The notes under the pieces are model-generated. The model did no database searches. It was not told the origin of the DNA and saw only the letters and a list, made by a program, of their open reading frames with translations. This document shows positions 50,276-64,000 of a stretch of DNA of 64,000 nt, piece by piece (the first letter of the stretch is position 1; each line of letters begins with the position of its first letter). Position numbers and translations under genes: made by a program. The stretch covers positions 1 to 64,000 of the forward strand of contig NIVC01000001.1 of the NCBI GenBank assembly GCA_002269645.1, in the 5' to 3' direction. This DNA comes from Macrostomum lignano. Lineage: Eukaryota.

Positions 50276-50557
50276 ATAATTCCTGTCGAATTCAATGGCA
50301 GCCCTCGATGTCCTCAGCGCATCAGACAAGCCTCATTATACTTTGGGTCGAAAGCAACGCATTTTTTCGGAGATGCAATTCGCCTTGAAGGCAGTCTCGT
50401 GAGACAATCAAAACAGTTGCTCTTATCCCTCTCTGCGCGCAGTTTAATTCTAAAAGTGCAGAGCAGTAAAAAATTGAAAAAGCACAATTTATTCCGAGAT
50501 TGCGCAGCTGAAAATGGGTCACTAAGAGTGCTCTAATTCTGACACACAAGCCATAAA

Positions 50558-52647
50558 TCAGGTCAGATCTGTGCGAAGAGAAACGTGCCTGAAGGCCCCT
50601 AGTCACATGAGGCTTGTGAATTTATGTGAGCCAACACCTAATCCCATATCGGATTATCCTATAATTGCAGGGGCGTGTCAGCTTGTGCTGGTATTAACCT
50701 GCCATCTCGTGCCATCTGTGCGCAGGCAAGTTGTGCTGGTGCACCGAGTGCCAGAAGTCAATCAATTCAAGGGTTAATGAAACCAGCGGTCTGTGGACTG
50801 GAATGGGGAAGTCTCTGATCTCTGTGTTCCCCTATTCTCCCACAGGCATTGGGTGAGTTGTAAACAGATGGCACTCTCAGTAATTCTACACTCCTTGCCA
50901 GTTCAAAAATCGATTATCGAATAAGAGAGTGGTTGCGTGAAGAGAAGAGAAACAGAGTTGAGATGAGAGAAGAGAGAGAGAAAAGAAGAAGAGAGGAGAG
51001 AGGAGAGAGGAGAGAAGAGAGAAGAGAGAGGAGAGAGAAGATAGAAGAGAGAGGAGAGAGAGAGAAAAGAAAAGAGAGAGAGAGTTGAGAGGTGAGAGGA
51101 GAGAAGAAAAGAGAGAGGAGAGAAGAGAAAGGAGAGAGAGTTGAAAGGAGAGAGGAGAGAGAGAAGAGAGAGGAGAGAAGAGAGAGAAGAGTTGAAAGGA
51201 GAGAGGAAAGAGAGGAGAGAAGAAAACAGAGAGGAGAGAAGAGAGAGGAGAGAGAGAGTTGAAAGGAGAAAGGAGAGAGAGGAGAGAGAGTAGAGAAGAA
51301 GAGAGAGAGGAAAGAAGAGAGAGGAGAGAAGAGAGGGAGTTGAAAGGAGAGAGGAGAGAGGAGAGAAGAGAGAAGAGAGAAGAGAGAGAGTTGAGAGGAG
51401 AGGGGAAGAGGAGAGAAGAGAGAGAAGAAAAGAGAGAGGAGAGAAGAGAGAGAGGAAAAAAGAGAGGAGAGAAGAGAGAGGAGAGCGAGTTGAAAGGAGA
51501 GAGGAGAGAGAGGAGGGAAGAAAACAGAGAGGAGAGAAGAGAGAGGAGAGAAGAGAGAGAAGAATTGAAAGGAGAGAGGAGAGAGAGTAGAGAAGAAGAG
51601 AGAGAGGAAAGAAGAGAGAGGAGAGAAGAGAGAAGAGAGAAGAGAGAGAGTTGAGAGGAGAGGGGAGAGGAGAGAAAAGAGAGAGGAAAAGAGAGAGGAG
51701 AGAAGAGAGAGGAGAGCGAGTTTAAAGAAGAGAGGAGAGAGGAGAGAAGAGAAAAGAGAGACAGTTGAGAGGAGAGGGGGAGAGGAGAGAAGAGACAGAA
51801 GAAAAGAGAGAGGAGAGAAGGGAGAGGAGAGAGGGTTGAGAGGAGAGAAGAGAGAGGAGAGAAGAGAGAAGATAGGGGAGAGAAGAGAGATGCAGGCTAA
51901 GATGAGAGGAGAGAAGAGAGAGGCAGGGCTAAGATGAGAGGAGAGAAGAGAGATGCAGGCTAAGATGAGAGGAGAGAAGAGAGAGGCAGGGCTAAGATGA
52001 GAGGAGAGAAGAGAGAGGCAGGGTTGGGAGGAGAGAAGAGAGAGGCAGGGTTGGGAGGAGAGAAGAGAGAGGCAGGGTTGGGAGGAGAGAAGAGAGAGGC
52101 AGGGTTGAGAGGAGAGAAGAGAGAGGCAGGGTTAAGATGAAAGGAGAGGAGAGTAAGAACTGATGAAGCACGAACCAGAGAGGTGGTGGCAAAGCATTTG
52201 CATTCATACCTATCTAGAATTAATTCAGTCAGTGAATGCAGACGAATACGATAGCAGGCTCTGCGGCAGACACGAAGGCACAGACGCGAGCCGTGCAAAA
52301 CCAGCCAGAGGGGGGGGGGGTTGCTGGCTGGCGCAAAAGCGGATTTTTAGATTATATCGAATCACTCAGAGGGTATTCTCGGAAAATAAAAATGGCTGAG
52401 ACAGACATGCAATGGGAGGGCAGCAGAAAATAGCAATCCTCATCTCTTGCGAGCCTGTGCCGAGGGCCACAATGTCATTAGTATCAGGTATCACCTGCAA
52501 CTGACTTGATGAGGCCTTTCCAGGTCGGGGGGTTCAATTAGCGAATGGCCTGGATTTTGGCGCGGCAAAAATATAACGCCTGAGAGCGGTGTCGAATATC
52601 CTTTAATTCATTGTTACCTGCCAACATGCCCGTGAGAAATTCGCCAT
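50558..52647 (-). CDS. Candidate micro-exon gene, 3' part (uncharacterised)
   Basis: Exons 52647-52618, 52549-52495, 52260-52210, 50790-50699, 50568-50558. All are GT-AG and phase-compatible: DGEFLTGMLA|GHSLIEPPDLERPHQVSC|RACYRIRLHSLTELILD|RPLVSLTLELIDFWHSVHQHNLPAHRWHEMA|DLT*. AATAAA lies ~65 nt downstream. No homology recognised. Confidence 0.5.
50940..52150. repeat. GA-rich low-complexity / polypurine tract
   Basis: About 1.2 kb of almost only A/G. Confidence 0.93.
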
Positions 52648-53570
52648 CTGAGCGATTCCACATGAGTTCATGACCATCTGAGCGATTCCCCATGAGTTCA
52701 TGACCATCTGAACAATTCCCCATGAGATCATCTGAGCAATTCCCCATGAGTTCATGACCATGTGAGCGATTCCCATGAGTTCATGATCATCTGAGCGATT
52801 CCCCATGAGTTCATGACCATCTGAACAATTCCCCATGAGATCATCTGAGCAATTCCCCATGAGTTCATGACCATGTGAGCGATTCCCATGAGTTCATGAT
52901 CATCTGAGCAATTCCCCATGAGTTCATGACCATGTGAGCGATTCCCTTGAGTTCATGACCATGTGATCGATTCCCTTGAGTTCATGACCATGTGAGCGAT
53001 TCCCATGAGTTCATGACCATGTGAGCGATTCCCATGAGTTCATGACCATGTGAGCAATTCCCCATGAGTTCATGACCATGTGAGCAATTCCACATGAGTT
53101 CATGACCATGTGAGCGATTCCCCATGAGTTCATGACCATCTGAGCAATTCCCCATGAGTTCATGACAATCGGAGCAGTGCCCCATGAGTTCATGACAATC
53201 GGAGCAGTGCCCCATGAGTTCATGACCATGTGAGCGATTCCCATGAGTTCATGACCATGTGAGCGATTCCCATGGGTTCATGACCATGTGAGCGATTCCC
53301 ATGGGTTCATGACCATGTGAGCGATTCCCATGAGTTCATGACCATGTGAGCGATTCCCCATGAGTTCATGACCATGTGAGCGATTCCCATGAGTTCATGA
53401 CCATGTGAGCGATTCCCATGAGTTCATGACCATCTGAGCGATTCCCATGAGTTCATGACCATCTGAGCGATTCCCCATGAGTTCATGACCATGTGAGCGA
53501 TTCCCATGAGTTCATGACCATCTGAGCAATTCCCCATGAGTTCATGACCATCTGAGCAATTCCCCATGAA
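52640..53570. repeat. 29-30-bp minisatellite (CCATGAGTTCATGACCATGTGAGCGATTC)
   Basis: About 31 copies. Confidence 0.95.
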
Positions 53571-54093
53571 TTTGTCACTATATCAGTAATTCCCCTTCAG
53601 TAAATCGCATTTATTTCTGATGCAATTCGCCTTTTCTGTGACGTTCGCTGCAGACGTCATATGTGACGTAAAACATCGCGAGCAAAACTTAAAAAACTTG
53701 ACACCAAAAGAAGACGCTCAAAATTAAGAAGCAGCATTTTTTCCTCCGAACTCTAAAACCTGATGAAGCGATCCATTTGCGCATTTCTTGTCCAAAAACT
53801 TCAAACAGCCCACTGAACTTGTAATCAATTGAAATCCAAAACCACACAGAACTGACAAATCATTTCCATTCTCAGTGCGCATGAAACGCGATGACGGCCT
53901 GCCTGCCTGCACCAGATTCCGGCCAGCTGTGTGCTGCAATCAGCCGGGCTGCACTGCCGTGACGTCGTGGGAACCCGCCAAACTGACACTGCAGTGCTGG
54001 GCTGCGGCTGAACCTGAGCTGAAACAGGTTTGTGCACTTTTATACTGACAGGGCTTGCTGCAGCAGCTGGGGCCATCTGCGTCAGCTGCTGTG

Positions 54094-55005
<912 letters not shown>

Positions 55006-55469
55006 CCCATTGCAGAGTCAGAACGCCGTCTCAACTGACCCAGTTTTTTCCAACACGATTTTGCTGTTCCCGGTAAACAGCAGACGGACAAAGACAAACA
55101 AAGCTGCAGTCATTTCTGCTATAAATATCCCCTGTAGCTGCAACGCGCAGGAATCCCATTAACCGAGCGGTCCCCCCTCCCTCGGCGTCGGCACGCGTTC
55201 CCGAATCGGTGTCAAGTTTCGAGGCGCCGCACGGCTAAACAATTCCCATTATTGGAATTTCGGGATGCAAAAGCATGCCAGTCTGAGCCGCGCACTTTTG
55301 CCAAGCAAAACCGCAGCTTGCCTTGCCACGAATTGCGGACAGCAACAAACAAATGGAGTTTGGAGTTTGGGTACAGAGCGAGTTAGGAAATTCGAGAGAA
55401 ATTTGAAAACCAGCTGGATTTTTTCTTGTTTCTGAAATACATGGAAATTATTAAGAATCACATTTTTAG

Positions 55470-57490
55470 CACTCCTGTCCCTCACTGAGCACTTCAGTCT
55501 CTCACTGAGCACTCCTGTCTCTAATTGAGCACTCCTGTCTCTAATTGAGCACTCCTGTCTCTAATTGAGCACTCCTGTCTCTAATTGAGCACTCCTGTCT
55601 CTCACTGAGCACTCCTGTCTCTCACTGAGCACTCCTGTCTCACTGAGCACTCCTGTCTCTAATTGAGCACTCCTGTCTCTCATTGAGCACTCCTGTCTCT
55701 CATTGAGCACTCCTGTCTCTCACTGAGCACTCCTGTCTCTCATTGAGCACTCCTATCTCTCACTGAGCACTCCTGTCTCTCATTGAGCACTCCTGTCTCT
55801 AATTGAGCACTTCTGTCTCTCATTGAGCACTCCTGTCTCTCACTGAGAACTCCTGTCTCTAATTGAGCACTCCTGTCTCTAATTGAGCACTCCTGCCTCT
55901 CATTGAGCACTCCTGCCTCTCATTGAATACTTCTGTCTCTAATTGAGCACTCCTGTCTCTCATTAAACACTCCTGTCTCTAATTGAGCACTCCTGCCTCT
56001 CATTGAATACTTCGGTCTCTCACTGAGCACTCCTGTCTCTCACTGAGCACTCCTGTCTCTAATTGAGCACTCCTGTCTCTGACTGAGCACTCCTGTCTCT
56101 CACTGAACACTCCTGTCTCTCACTGAGCACTCCTGTCTCTCATTGAGCACTCCTATCTCTCACTGAGCACTCCTGTCTCTAATTGAGCACTCCTGCCTCT
56201 CATTGAATACTTCTGTCTCTAATTGAGCACTCCTGTCTCTCACTGAGCACTCCTGTCTCTAATTGAGCACTCCTGTCTCTAATTGAGCACTTCAGTCTCT
56301 CATTGAGCACTCCTGTCTCTAATTGAGCACTCCTGCCTCTCATTGAATACTTCGGTCTCTCATTGAGCACTCCTATCTCTCACTGAGCACTCCTGTCTCT
56401 CACTGAGCACTCCTGTCTCTGACTGAGCACTCCTGTCTCTAATTGAGCACTCCTGCCTCTCATTGAATACTTCTGTCTCTAATTGAGCACTCCTGTCTCT
56501 CATTAAGCACTCCTGTCTCTAATTGAGCACTTCTGTCTCTCATTGAATACTTCTGTCTCTAATTGAGCACTCCTGTCTCTCATTAAGCACTCCTGTCTCT
56601 AATTAAGCACTCCTGCCTCTCATTGAATACTTCTGTCTCTAATTGAGCACTCCTGTCTCTCACTGAGCACTCCTGTCTCTCACTGAGCACTCCTGTCTCT
56701 AATTGAGCACTCCTGTCTCTAATTGAGCACTCCTGCCTCTCATTGAATACTTCGGTCTCTCATTGAGCACTCCTGTCTCTCATTAAGCACTCCTGTCTCT
56801 AATTGAGCACTCCTGCCTCTCATTGAATACTTCTGTCTCTAATTGAGCACTCCTGTCTCTCATTAAGCACTCCTGTCTCTAATTGAGCACTCCTGCCTCT
56901 CATTGAATACTTCGGTCTCTCATTGAGCACTCCTGTCTCTCATTGAGCACTCCTGTCTCTCACTGAGAACTCCTGTCTCTAATTGAGCACTCCTGTCTCT
57001 AATTGAGCACTCCTGCCTCTCATTGAATACTTCGGTCTCTCACTGAGCACTCCTGTCTCTAATTGAGCACTCCTGTCTCTCATTGAGCACTCCTGTCTCT
57101 CACTGAGAACTCCTGTCTCTCACTGAGCACTCCTGTCTCTCACTGAGCACTCCTGTCCCTCATTGAGCACTCCTGTCTCTCACTGAGCACGTCAGTCTCT
57201 CACTGAGCCCTTCTGTCCCTCATTGAGCACTCCTGTCTCTAATTGAGCACTCCTGTCTCTCACTGAGCACTCCTGTCTCTAATTGAGCACTCCTGTCTCT
57301 CACTGAGCACTCCTGTCCCTCATTGAGCACTCCTGTCTCTCATTGAGCACTCCTGTCTCTCACTGAGCACTCCTGTCTCTCACTGAGCACTCCTGTCTCT
57401 CACTGAGCACTCCTGTCCCTCATTGAGCACTCCTGTCTCTCACTGAGCACGTCAGTCTCTCACTGAGCCCTCGTGTCTCTGACTGAGCGT
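55470..57490. repeat. 20-bp satellite (TGAGCACTCCTGTCTCTMAY)
   Basis: About 100 copies over ~2 kb, with recurring variant blocks. Confidence 0.98.
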
Positions 57491-57599
57491 CCCAGATCTT
57501 TTAATTGACTTTCAGTCCTTTTCCACGCCTTTCTATCCATCTTGTCCATCTGTCTTCTCTCTCATTCATCTTTTTTCTGTAGTCGTTCACTTCCACCCC

Positions 57600-57601
57600 T
57601 G

Positions 57602-57681
<80 letters not shown>

Positions 57682-57716
57682 CTCTCTCTCTCTCTCTTTC
57701 TCTCTCTCCCTCTCTC
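57600..57716. repeat. (CT)n microsatellite
   Basis: Dinucleotide run. Confidence 0.95.
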
Positions 57717-58392
57717 AGCTGCATTTTCTCATGCATGCCTAGTAACTTGTATCCAATTATCTGCAATCAGCAGCTCCATAACCAGACAGAATTTGCAACA
57801 GTATCAGAAGAGACTCGCTCCTCAGCAACCCAGATGCATGCAACAAGTGCTGGCCTGGGCCTTATCAATAAACAAATTAGCTAGCAACAAATCGAACTCA
57901 TACAGTGTGGCAAATCCAAGCAGGGAACCAAACGAACTGTTTCGGTGCGCACTCAGTGTACGCGACGACACTGGGCCCTATTCACACTGCAGTTAGACTA
58001 ACTTTGTGTTTACCCATTCGAATCGAATTTTAGCTTTCTTAGAAATGTCTGCAATTAGACGCCTCTAATTACCATGCAGTTAAACTCACAGAGCGTGTAC
58101 CTGGTATTTCTGTATCAGCTAATTATTAATAGATTTTGTTCAAGTATTTCAAATTAAACAACAGGAAATCATTTCACCTGTGTTAACAAAGGTTGATAAT
58201 TTCAGTCGGCAATCCATGTAATACCTGATGCAGCAGTTTCCGTTCCAGCAGTTATTTTTTAATTGTCCGGACAATTTTAAACCTGTGTAGTGCGCCTTCT
58301 CCGCAAACTGGTGGGGCACATTGGGGACAAATGGCTTCCTGTGCATGTATGCTTGGAGGTGCGGTCCTGCTTGAGCTTACTGTAAGAGTAGC

Positions 58393-58575
58393 TTGTTGGG
58401 GGAGGGGTCAGCTGACACCCTAAAGCAGATTGTTGGGTGGGGGGTCAGCTGACACCCTAGAGCAGATTGTTGGGTGGGGGGTCAGCTGACACCCTAGAGC
58501 AGATTGTTGGGTGGGGGGTCAGCTGACACCCTAAAGCAGCTTGTTGGGGGGGTCAGTTGACACCCTAGAGCAGCT
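58393..58575. repeat. ~37-bp tandem repeat (TTGTTGGGTGGGGGGTCAGCTGACACCCTAGAGCAGA)
   Basis: About 5 copies. Confidence 0.9.
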
Positions 58576-60624
58576 TGTTAGGGCTCAGGTGACCCACTGA
58601 TGCTCAGTTAACCTCTAAACGATATGAATTATAAATATAAAGGTACCCAGGTACTTTTCTAGATTCAAAGTAATTTCAAAGCAAAGCTCTCGTAGGTGTG
58701 CTTTCCAGCAACAGTTACAGGCTCATAAAGAGATAGCCCTGCTTTTGCTAAATATTTCTGCATCAACAGATTACAAAAAATCGATTGCGTAATCTGTTGA
58801 TGCAAACTCGATTTTCAACAGCGGCCCAAACTGAATTTGTTTGCTAATTGAGATTAGCAGGTCAAGCTTACGCAACAGAGAGAGATCGGAGCTGGCGATT
58901 GCACCGGTGAAGCCCACAGACTGCAAGCAGGTGCTGCTGTTTGTTTTACGAGGCAATTCTTTAGAAAAAAGGAAGTAGAATCATTGTGTCGCAAGTCATT
59001 TAGCCATACGGCCCAGACGACCAGAAACACATGGATGGAAAGTTACCGGTTTGGCACCGACAACAAAGATTCAAAGATTTTAGGCCAGGTCTTTGTTTGC
59101 GTTGTTGGGTCCATAGAAAAACAGTCTGCATATGCGTGGCACAGGTGTAGCGGCTAAAATAGATATATTGCCCTGCCCAATTTGGCACGAGTCTCTGTTC
59201 CATGCAGCTCGATTCAAACCCGAACAAAGACCGAATGAGATAAGAGGGCGTCTCAGTTGGGGCGGCGAACAAAGACGCCCAGCATATTTTTCCCTTTCCT
59301 CCACCTGTGCCAATTCCCAATCCCAAGCATCTGTTTTCCCCACGCAAGCCCCGTCGGAAATTCGGCCTCTCAATTTCGATTCTGCGGAGTTGAGGTCTTT
59401 GTTGTTCATTCAATATTCGCTCGGTTCCCCGGACCCGGAGACGGCGGCGGCGAGGGCAGGTGGGGAAGTGAGAACTGAAGCCGATGCTGGAAACAAAGAC
59501 TTCTATAAACCTCACCAAATCAACTTATCGCTCGCTATATCACAAAGACTTCAGTGCTCAGGGACAAAGGTCTCGCAATGGGGTGTCTTACGCAACAACC
59601 CAGACTTCTCACCCGCTTCCAATACTTGGCACGCGCTCTCAAGACCTGTCTATCATCAGGTTTCGACCCCTCATACAAGCTCAAACTTTGATATGCTGTC
59701 AAGGCTTAAAACGACTCGATATGGCTATCCTCAGAGATATGAGTTGGCACACGAGTTGGGGTAGGTCTTTGTTCGGTCAATTCAGCCAAGCCAGTCCGAT
59801 GGAGCAAAGATGATGAATTAGAAGAGGGATTGGGGAAGGGAGTTGGGTTAAGCAGGACTCAACTCAACAGCACTGCTCACTGCTGGTTTGGCCGTAGCAA
59901 CATCTGCCTGAGGCATCACTCAAGACCCGCTCTCTTCAGTTTACCTTCAGTTTTTTTACTCCAATATCTTTCTTCTTCATTTCTGTCTCCAACTCGTTCT
60001 GTCAAAATCTTTCTTTCTACTCTATCCATACTGGACACAATAAGTGAGTCACGCTATGCTCGGCCTCCCAGCTCAAACTCACTGTCTCCTAGTGCCGTCT
60101 AATGCACACCTCACTGCAAATATTCCATCGTGCATCCTCTTCCCCTCTCCAGAGTCGCCTCAATTCTCTAAAAGCTTTAAGAGCTCTTTCTTCTGAATCC
60201 GATCTTGCTGTCACCAATGCTCCCCCCCCCACTGAGCTCTCTGCGGGGTGTTTTCTCCCCCGGGGCTGGGGGATCGAACATCTGAGGCATCGCGCCTGCA
60301 GCTCATCCCTTCTAAATCCCGTTTTTAGCCTCTCTCAGGCCCGCGGGGCTTAACTCCCGATTATTCCCCTTTCACTCGCCTGACTGCTCTTTCATCTTAG
60401 GCCCTATAGTTTCCCATCTCCCGCCCTTCTCCTTTGCGAGCCCGCATCAATCGCTTTCGTGTTTCGAGCAAAATCCTAATTATGCTGTTTCTCCCGGGAG
60501 ACTGTCTTTGCCCTTGCACTGCCCTCCACCACTAATTAATGATGTTCGATACACGCGAAAGCTTGCAGGCCTGATGTGAATGAAAATTATACATGAATGA
60601 CGGGTGCGTGCCGAGGAGTCTTGA

Positions 60625-61545
60625 CGATCTAAACTGTGAGGATGTGAGGAGATCTAAACTGGGATGTGAGGAGATCTAAACTGGGATGTGAGGGGATCTA
60701 AACTGAGATGTGAGGGGATCTAAACTGGGATGTGAGGGGATCTAAACTGGGATGTGAGGAGATCTAAACTGGGATGTGAGGGGATCTAAACTGGGATGTG
60801 AGGGGATCTAAACTGGGATGTGAGGGGATCTAAACTGGGATGTGAAGGGATCTAAACTGGGATGTGAGGGGATCTAAACTGGGATGTGAGGGGATCTAAA
60901 CTGGGATGTGAGGGGATCTAAACTGGGATGTGAAGGGATCTAAACTGGAATCTAAACTGGGGTGTGAGGGGATCTAAACTGGGATGTGAAGGGATCTAAA
61001 CTGGAATCTAAACTGGGGTGTGAGGGGATCTAAACTGGGATGTGAAGGGATCTAAACTGGAATCTAAACTGGGATGTGAGGAGATCTAAACTGGGATGTG
61101 AAGGGATCTAAACTGGAATCTAAACTGGGATGTGAGGGGATCTAAACTGGGGTGTGAAGGGATCTAAACTGGAATCTAAACTGGGGTGTGAGGGGATCTA
61201 AACTGGGATGTGAAGGGATCTAAACTGGAATCTAAACTGGGATGTGAGGAGATCTAAACTGGGATGTGAGGGGATCTAAACTGGGATGTGAAGGAATCTA
61301 AACTGGGATGTGAGGAGATCTAAACTGGGATGTGAAGGGATCTAAACTGGAATCTAAACTGGGGTGTGAGGGGATCTAAACTGGGATGTGAGGGGATCTA
61401 AACTGGGATCTAAACTGGGATGTGAGGGATCTAAACTGAAATGTGGGATCTAAACTGAAATGTGGGATCTAAACTAAGATTTGAGGAGATCTAAACTGGA
61501 AGGGGGATCTGAACTGGGATGTGAGATCTGAACCGGGATGTGGGA
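60625..61545. repeat. 22-bp minisatellite (GATCTAAACTGGGATGTGAGGG)
   Basis: About 40 copies, degenerating towards the 3' end. Confidence 0.96.
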
Positions 61546-62928
61546 TCTAAACTTTAATTATGCAAGATCTGAATTGGATTGACAACTAAAATTACGATGT
61601 GGGACACTGGTATCTGGGATCTGAATTCTTGAGATCTATATTCTTCATGGATTGGAATTATCAGCTGATCGCATTGGGATTGGGATAGAAATTTCCGCCC
61701 CCCGGGACTGAATGGGGTGAGTGATTTGTATTAGTTTTGGACTTTTGGTTGCTGTGAAGTAGGATCTGAATTTGCATGCGGAAAATAAATCTTATAAAAA
61801 AGTTAAAAATGGACGGAATTTTTCTCCTTTCCTACATAAATATTTCCCATTTCCGTAATTATATGCGTATCAAGCAGTACAGTGAGTTTAATCGGTGCAA
61901 ATTTACTCAAAAACTGAGTCAGAACAAAAGAAAAACAGGCTATTTGGAAAAATCAAAAAACTAATTGGCAGGTCATAGGAAGGTTGAGCAACTGCGTGCC
62001 ATTGTGAATGGAAGGACGCGGAATAAACCGTGGCCTTGAGAGTACTCTCTGGTTGGTTGGTTGGTTGGTGGAAAAATAAGGACATGTCATATGCATGAAC
62101 CTTCAGTTCAGTCAGCGTTGGGAAAAGGACGTGAGCGGTTCGGAGGCGAAAGGTAAAGAAGAAAAAAACAACTCCCAAGATTAGAATGACAAAAAGAATG
62201 AAGTAAGCGCTTCACCAAGTTAGTAAAATCAGCTGTTTTGCGACCGCCCCTCCATTTTCTCTCTCTCTACCAGTCCTTTTCAATAATAGCAGGTTCGCCT
62301 TGCGAGATCGCCCATGGCGCCCTTGTGCTGTGGAAGAGGAAGGGGGGTTGACGAACCGGTCAGCTGACTCTGAAAACAGCCAACCCCGCACACTGTACTA
62401 AAAGAGAGGAGGGGGCTGGGTTAATTGCGAGAGCGTAAAGCCCACCCCACTCCCCACGCGGCGGAGAACTTGGATAGATAAGGGGGACGGCTGTTAGAGA
62501 GAGGGTGGCCGTTGATTGGGCACAGGGAGAGACAGCCACCCCCGCCCCTAGAGCGATTTTGAGGGGTTCGGGGGGTCTGGATCTATCTATAAAGAGCGCG
62601 AGGGCTCTCGCATATTTTATTGAATGTAGGACTGCTAGCAAGTTTATTACCCAAACGGTCCATTCCGCTATTAGTTTAAGTCCCTAGATTAACCTTTTTA
62701 AGAGCTTATCATAATTTATTTTAATTTTACGATATAGCTGGTCATTATTACGCTTTTTACGCTTCTCTTTGTATTTAGTTTGTAAAGAGTTGATTGTCGC
62801 CTTCGCACTATTATTTTGTTTACTTGTAGCTCAAGAGCCTCAATCCTTTATTTAATATAGTGCTAGCTTGAATTAAATAAACGATTATATTTAATTAGAG
62901 ACTCGGAATCTGAATTATGGTACACAAC

Positions 62929-63315
62929 ATGTCCGACAGTCGTAGAAAACGCAGAAAGAGCAGCAAGAAATTCTCTTACAGGGGCAGTTACTCTGCTTCA
63001 AGCGAGGAACTGGCCAATATTAATAATAGCAACATTAGCAACAAGGTGCAGATTCGAGAGCAGGTGAGTTTGTCAACTGATTAAAATCTAGTAGTGATTA
63101 ATTCAATGATGAATGTCCAAAGTATTAAAAGACCAAATTTTAACTATTTAACTCTGCAGACCGAAGTCCATTCCGTGACGCAGCTTCAGCAGGTTTCCCC
63201 GCCACCGCCGCCGCCTCGGTCTCTGCTGCCCGACGGCCTCGAAGAGGGCATCTATCGACTGCTGGATGCCGAGATGGTGTACCATCCGAGAACAGATTGC
63301 CTGCTGAATAATACG
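62929..63315 (+). CDS. 5' exons of an uncharacterised gene continuing beyond the window
   Basis: Exon 62929-63063 (MSDSRRKRRKSSKKFSY...IREQ, donor GTGAGT) and exon 63160-63315 (TEVHSV...EEGIYRLLDAEMVYHPRTDCLLNNT, donor GTGAGA), both phase 0. Basic NLS-like N-terminus. Confidence 0.7.
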
Positions 63316-63464
63316 GTGAGATCAGTGGGGTCCAGTGCATTCGGTGGCTTAGCCCCTGGGGGGGGGGTCAAGGGGGTCAGCAGACCCTCCTCGAAAAACA
63401 TAGGGGTCATGACTCATGACGCATTAGAGATGGAAAAATCCAGAATGGCATTTTTATCTACATG

Positions 63465-63704
63465 CATACATGCGCAACCCCCCTGATTTTACACTGGCCA
63501 TGCGACTTACCTCTGAAAGAAACTCTGGGTAAACGGCAGGAGTAACTATAACTGCCTTATTAAGGCTAAAATGCCTCGTCATCTAACTAGTGCCTTGTCT
63601 TTTTCCTGGTGGGCATTTTTGCGACTTACCTTGCCAGTTACCTTACCTGAGCCCCTTGCCAGCCGGCCGGATTGGCCGGGTCGGCTGGGTGTTGCGCATG
63701 TATG
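63465..63704 (+). mobile_element. hAT-type MITE carrying a 28S rRNA-derived segment (copy 2), intronic
   Basis: Perfect 14-bp TIRs CATACATGCGCAAC / GTTGCGCATGTATG and an 8-bp TSD TCTACATG (63457-63464 and 63705-63712). Internal segment GGGTAAACGGCAGGAGTAACTATAACTGCCTTATTAAGGCTAAAATGCCTCGTCATCTAACTAGTG at 63527-63592. Confidence 0.88.
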
Positions 63705-64000
63705 TCTACATGTATTCAAAATTTTCAAATGAACGATATTGTGTATCATTTTGTTTTCTTTCGTTACTTAATCAGTTTATAGCATGAATATAAACAAATG
63801 TATCGCTTCAAATAACTCTTAGACAAACCGCACGACGTCATGAATCTTTATAAAAAAACGATTAACATTCGATATAATAATGTTTCTGTTTTGAGGGGAA
63901 ATACTTTCAAAATTTGCTATGCAGCTACTGTCAGTAGGCTACGTGCGAATTTTGCCATTATTTTTTTAAAAAATGCTTATAAGACAATTCAATATTTTCA

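Noticed and set aside
53930-54090. Disintegrin-like peptide GPSCCSKPCQYKSAQTC on the minus strand
   Set aside because: Cys spacing breaks down, the frame stops quickly and no ADAM exons are nearby.
55470-57490. CRISPR-like appearance of short repeat arrays
   Set aside because: Units are directly adjacent with no unique spacers, there are no cas genes, and the context is eukaryotic.
58980-60400. ORFs 59000-59813 and 59830-60353 as genes or a decayed LINE
   Set aside because: There are weak hints (LPVWHRQQRF..CLRC; a stop-interrupted frame NQLIARYITK...) but no RT/endonuclease motifs, consistent splice chain or recognisable homology.
62300-62700. LTR or primer-binding site (TGGCGCCC at ~62315, TATAAA at ~62588)
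   Set aside because: No second LTR, TG..CA termini or TSD was found.
63527-63592. Functional 28S rRNA gene
   Set aside because: Only ~65 bp, mutated at conserved positions and embedded in a TIR/TSD-bounded element.

Overview
Eukaryotic (animal) genomic DNA with short GT-AG introns, GC-rich exons, poly-CAG/Gln tracts and very many tandem repeats. This style suggests a free-living flatworm such as Macrostomum; that is inference from sequence style only. All gene models were assembled by hand from splice sites with matching intron phase. Genes: two divergently transcribed DEG/ENaC channel genes, an UNC93A-like MFS gene with a GC-AG intron, the last exons of POC1 without visible WD40 exons, an intronless dynein light chain LC8, TMEM129, an orphan Cys-rich single-pass membrane ORF, a crotonase ending in the peroxisomal signal AKL, a 9-exon ~1150-aa protein (cadherin-like beta-sandwich, U-box-like and TPR regions), a candidate micro-exon gene among satellites, and partial uncharacterised genes at both ends. 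Mobile DNA: a tRNA-derived CORE-type SINE, several MITEs, and decayed transposon ORFs at about 18-24 kb. The most unusual observation is a two-copy MITE family (14-bp TIR, 8-bp TSD on one copy) carrying a modified ~65-bp piece of 28S rRNA that spans helix 69 and the R2/I-PpoI/Pokey target site. Most long ORFs in the supplied track are artefacts of tandem repeats.
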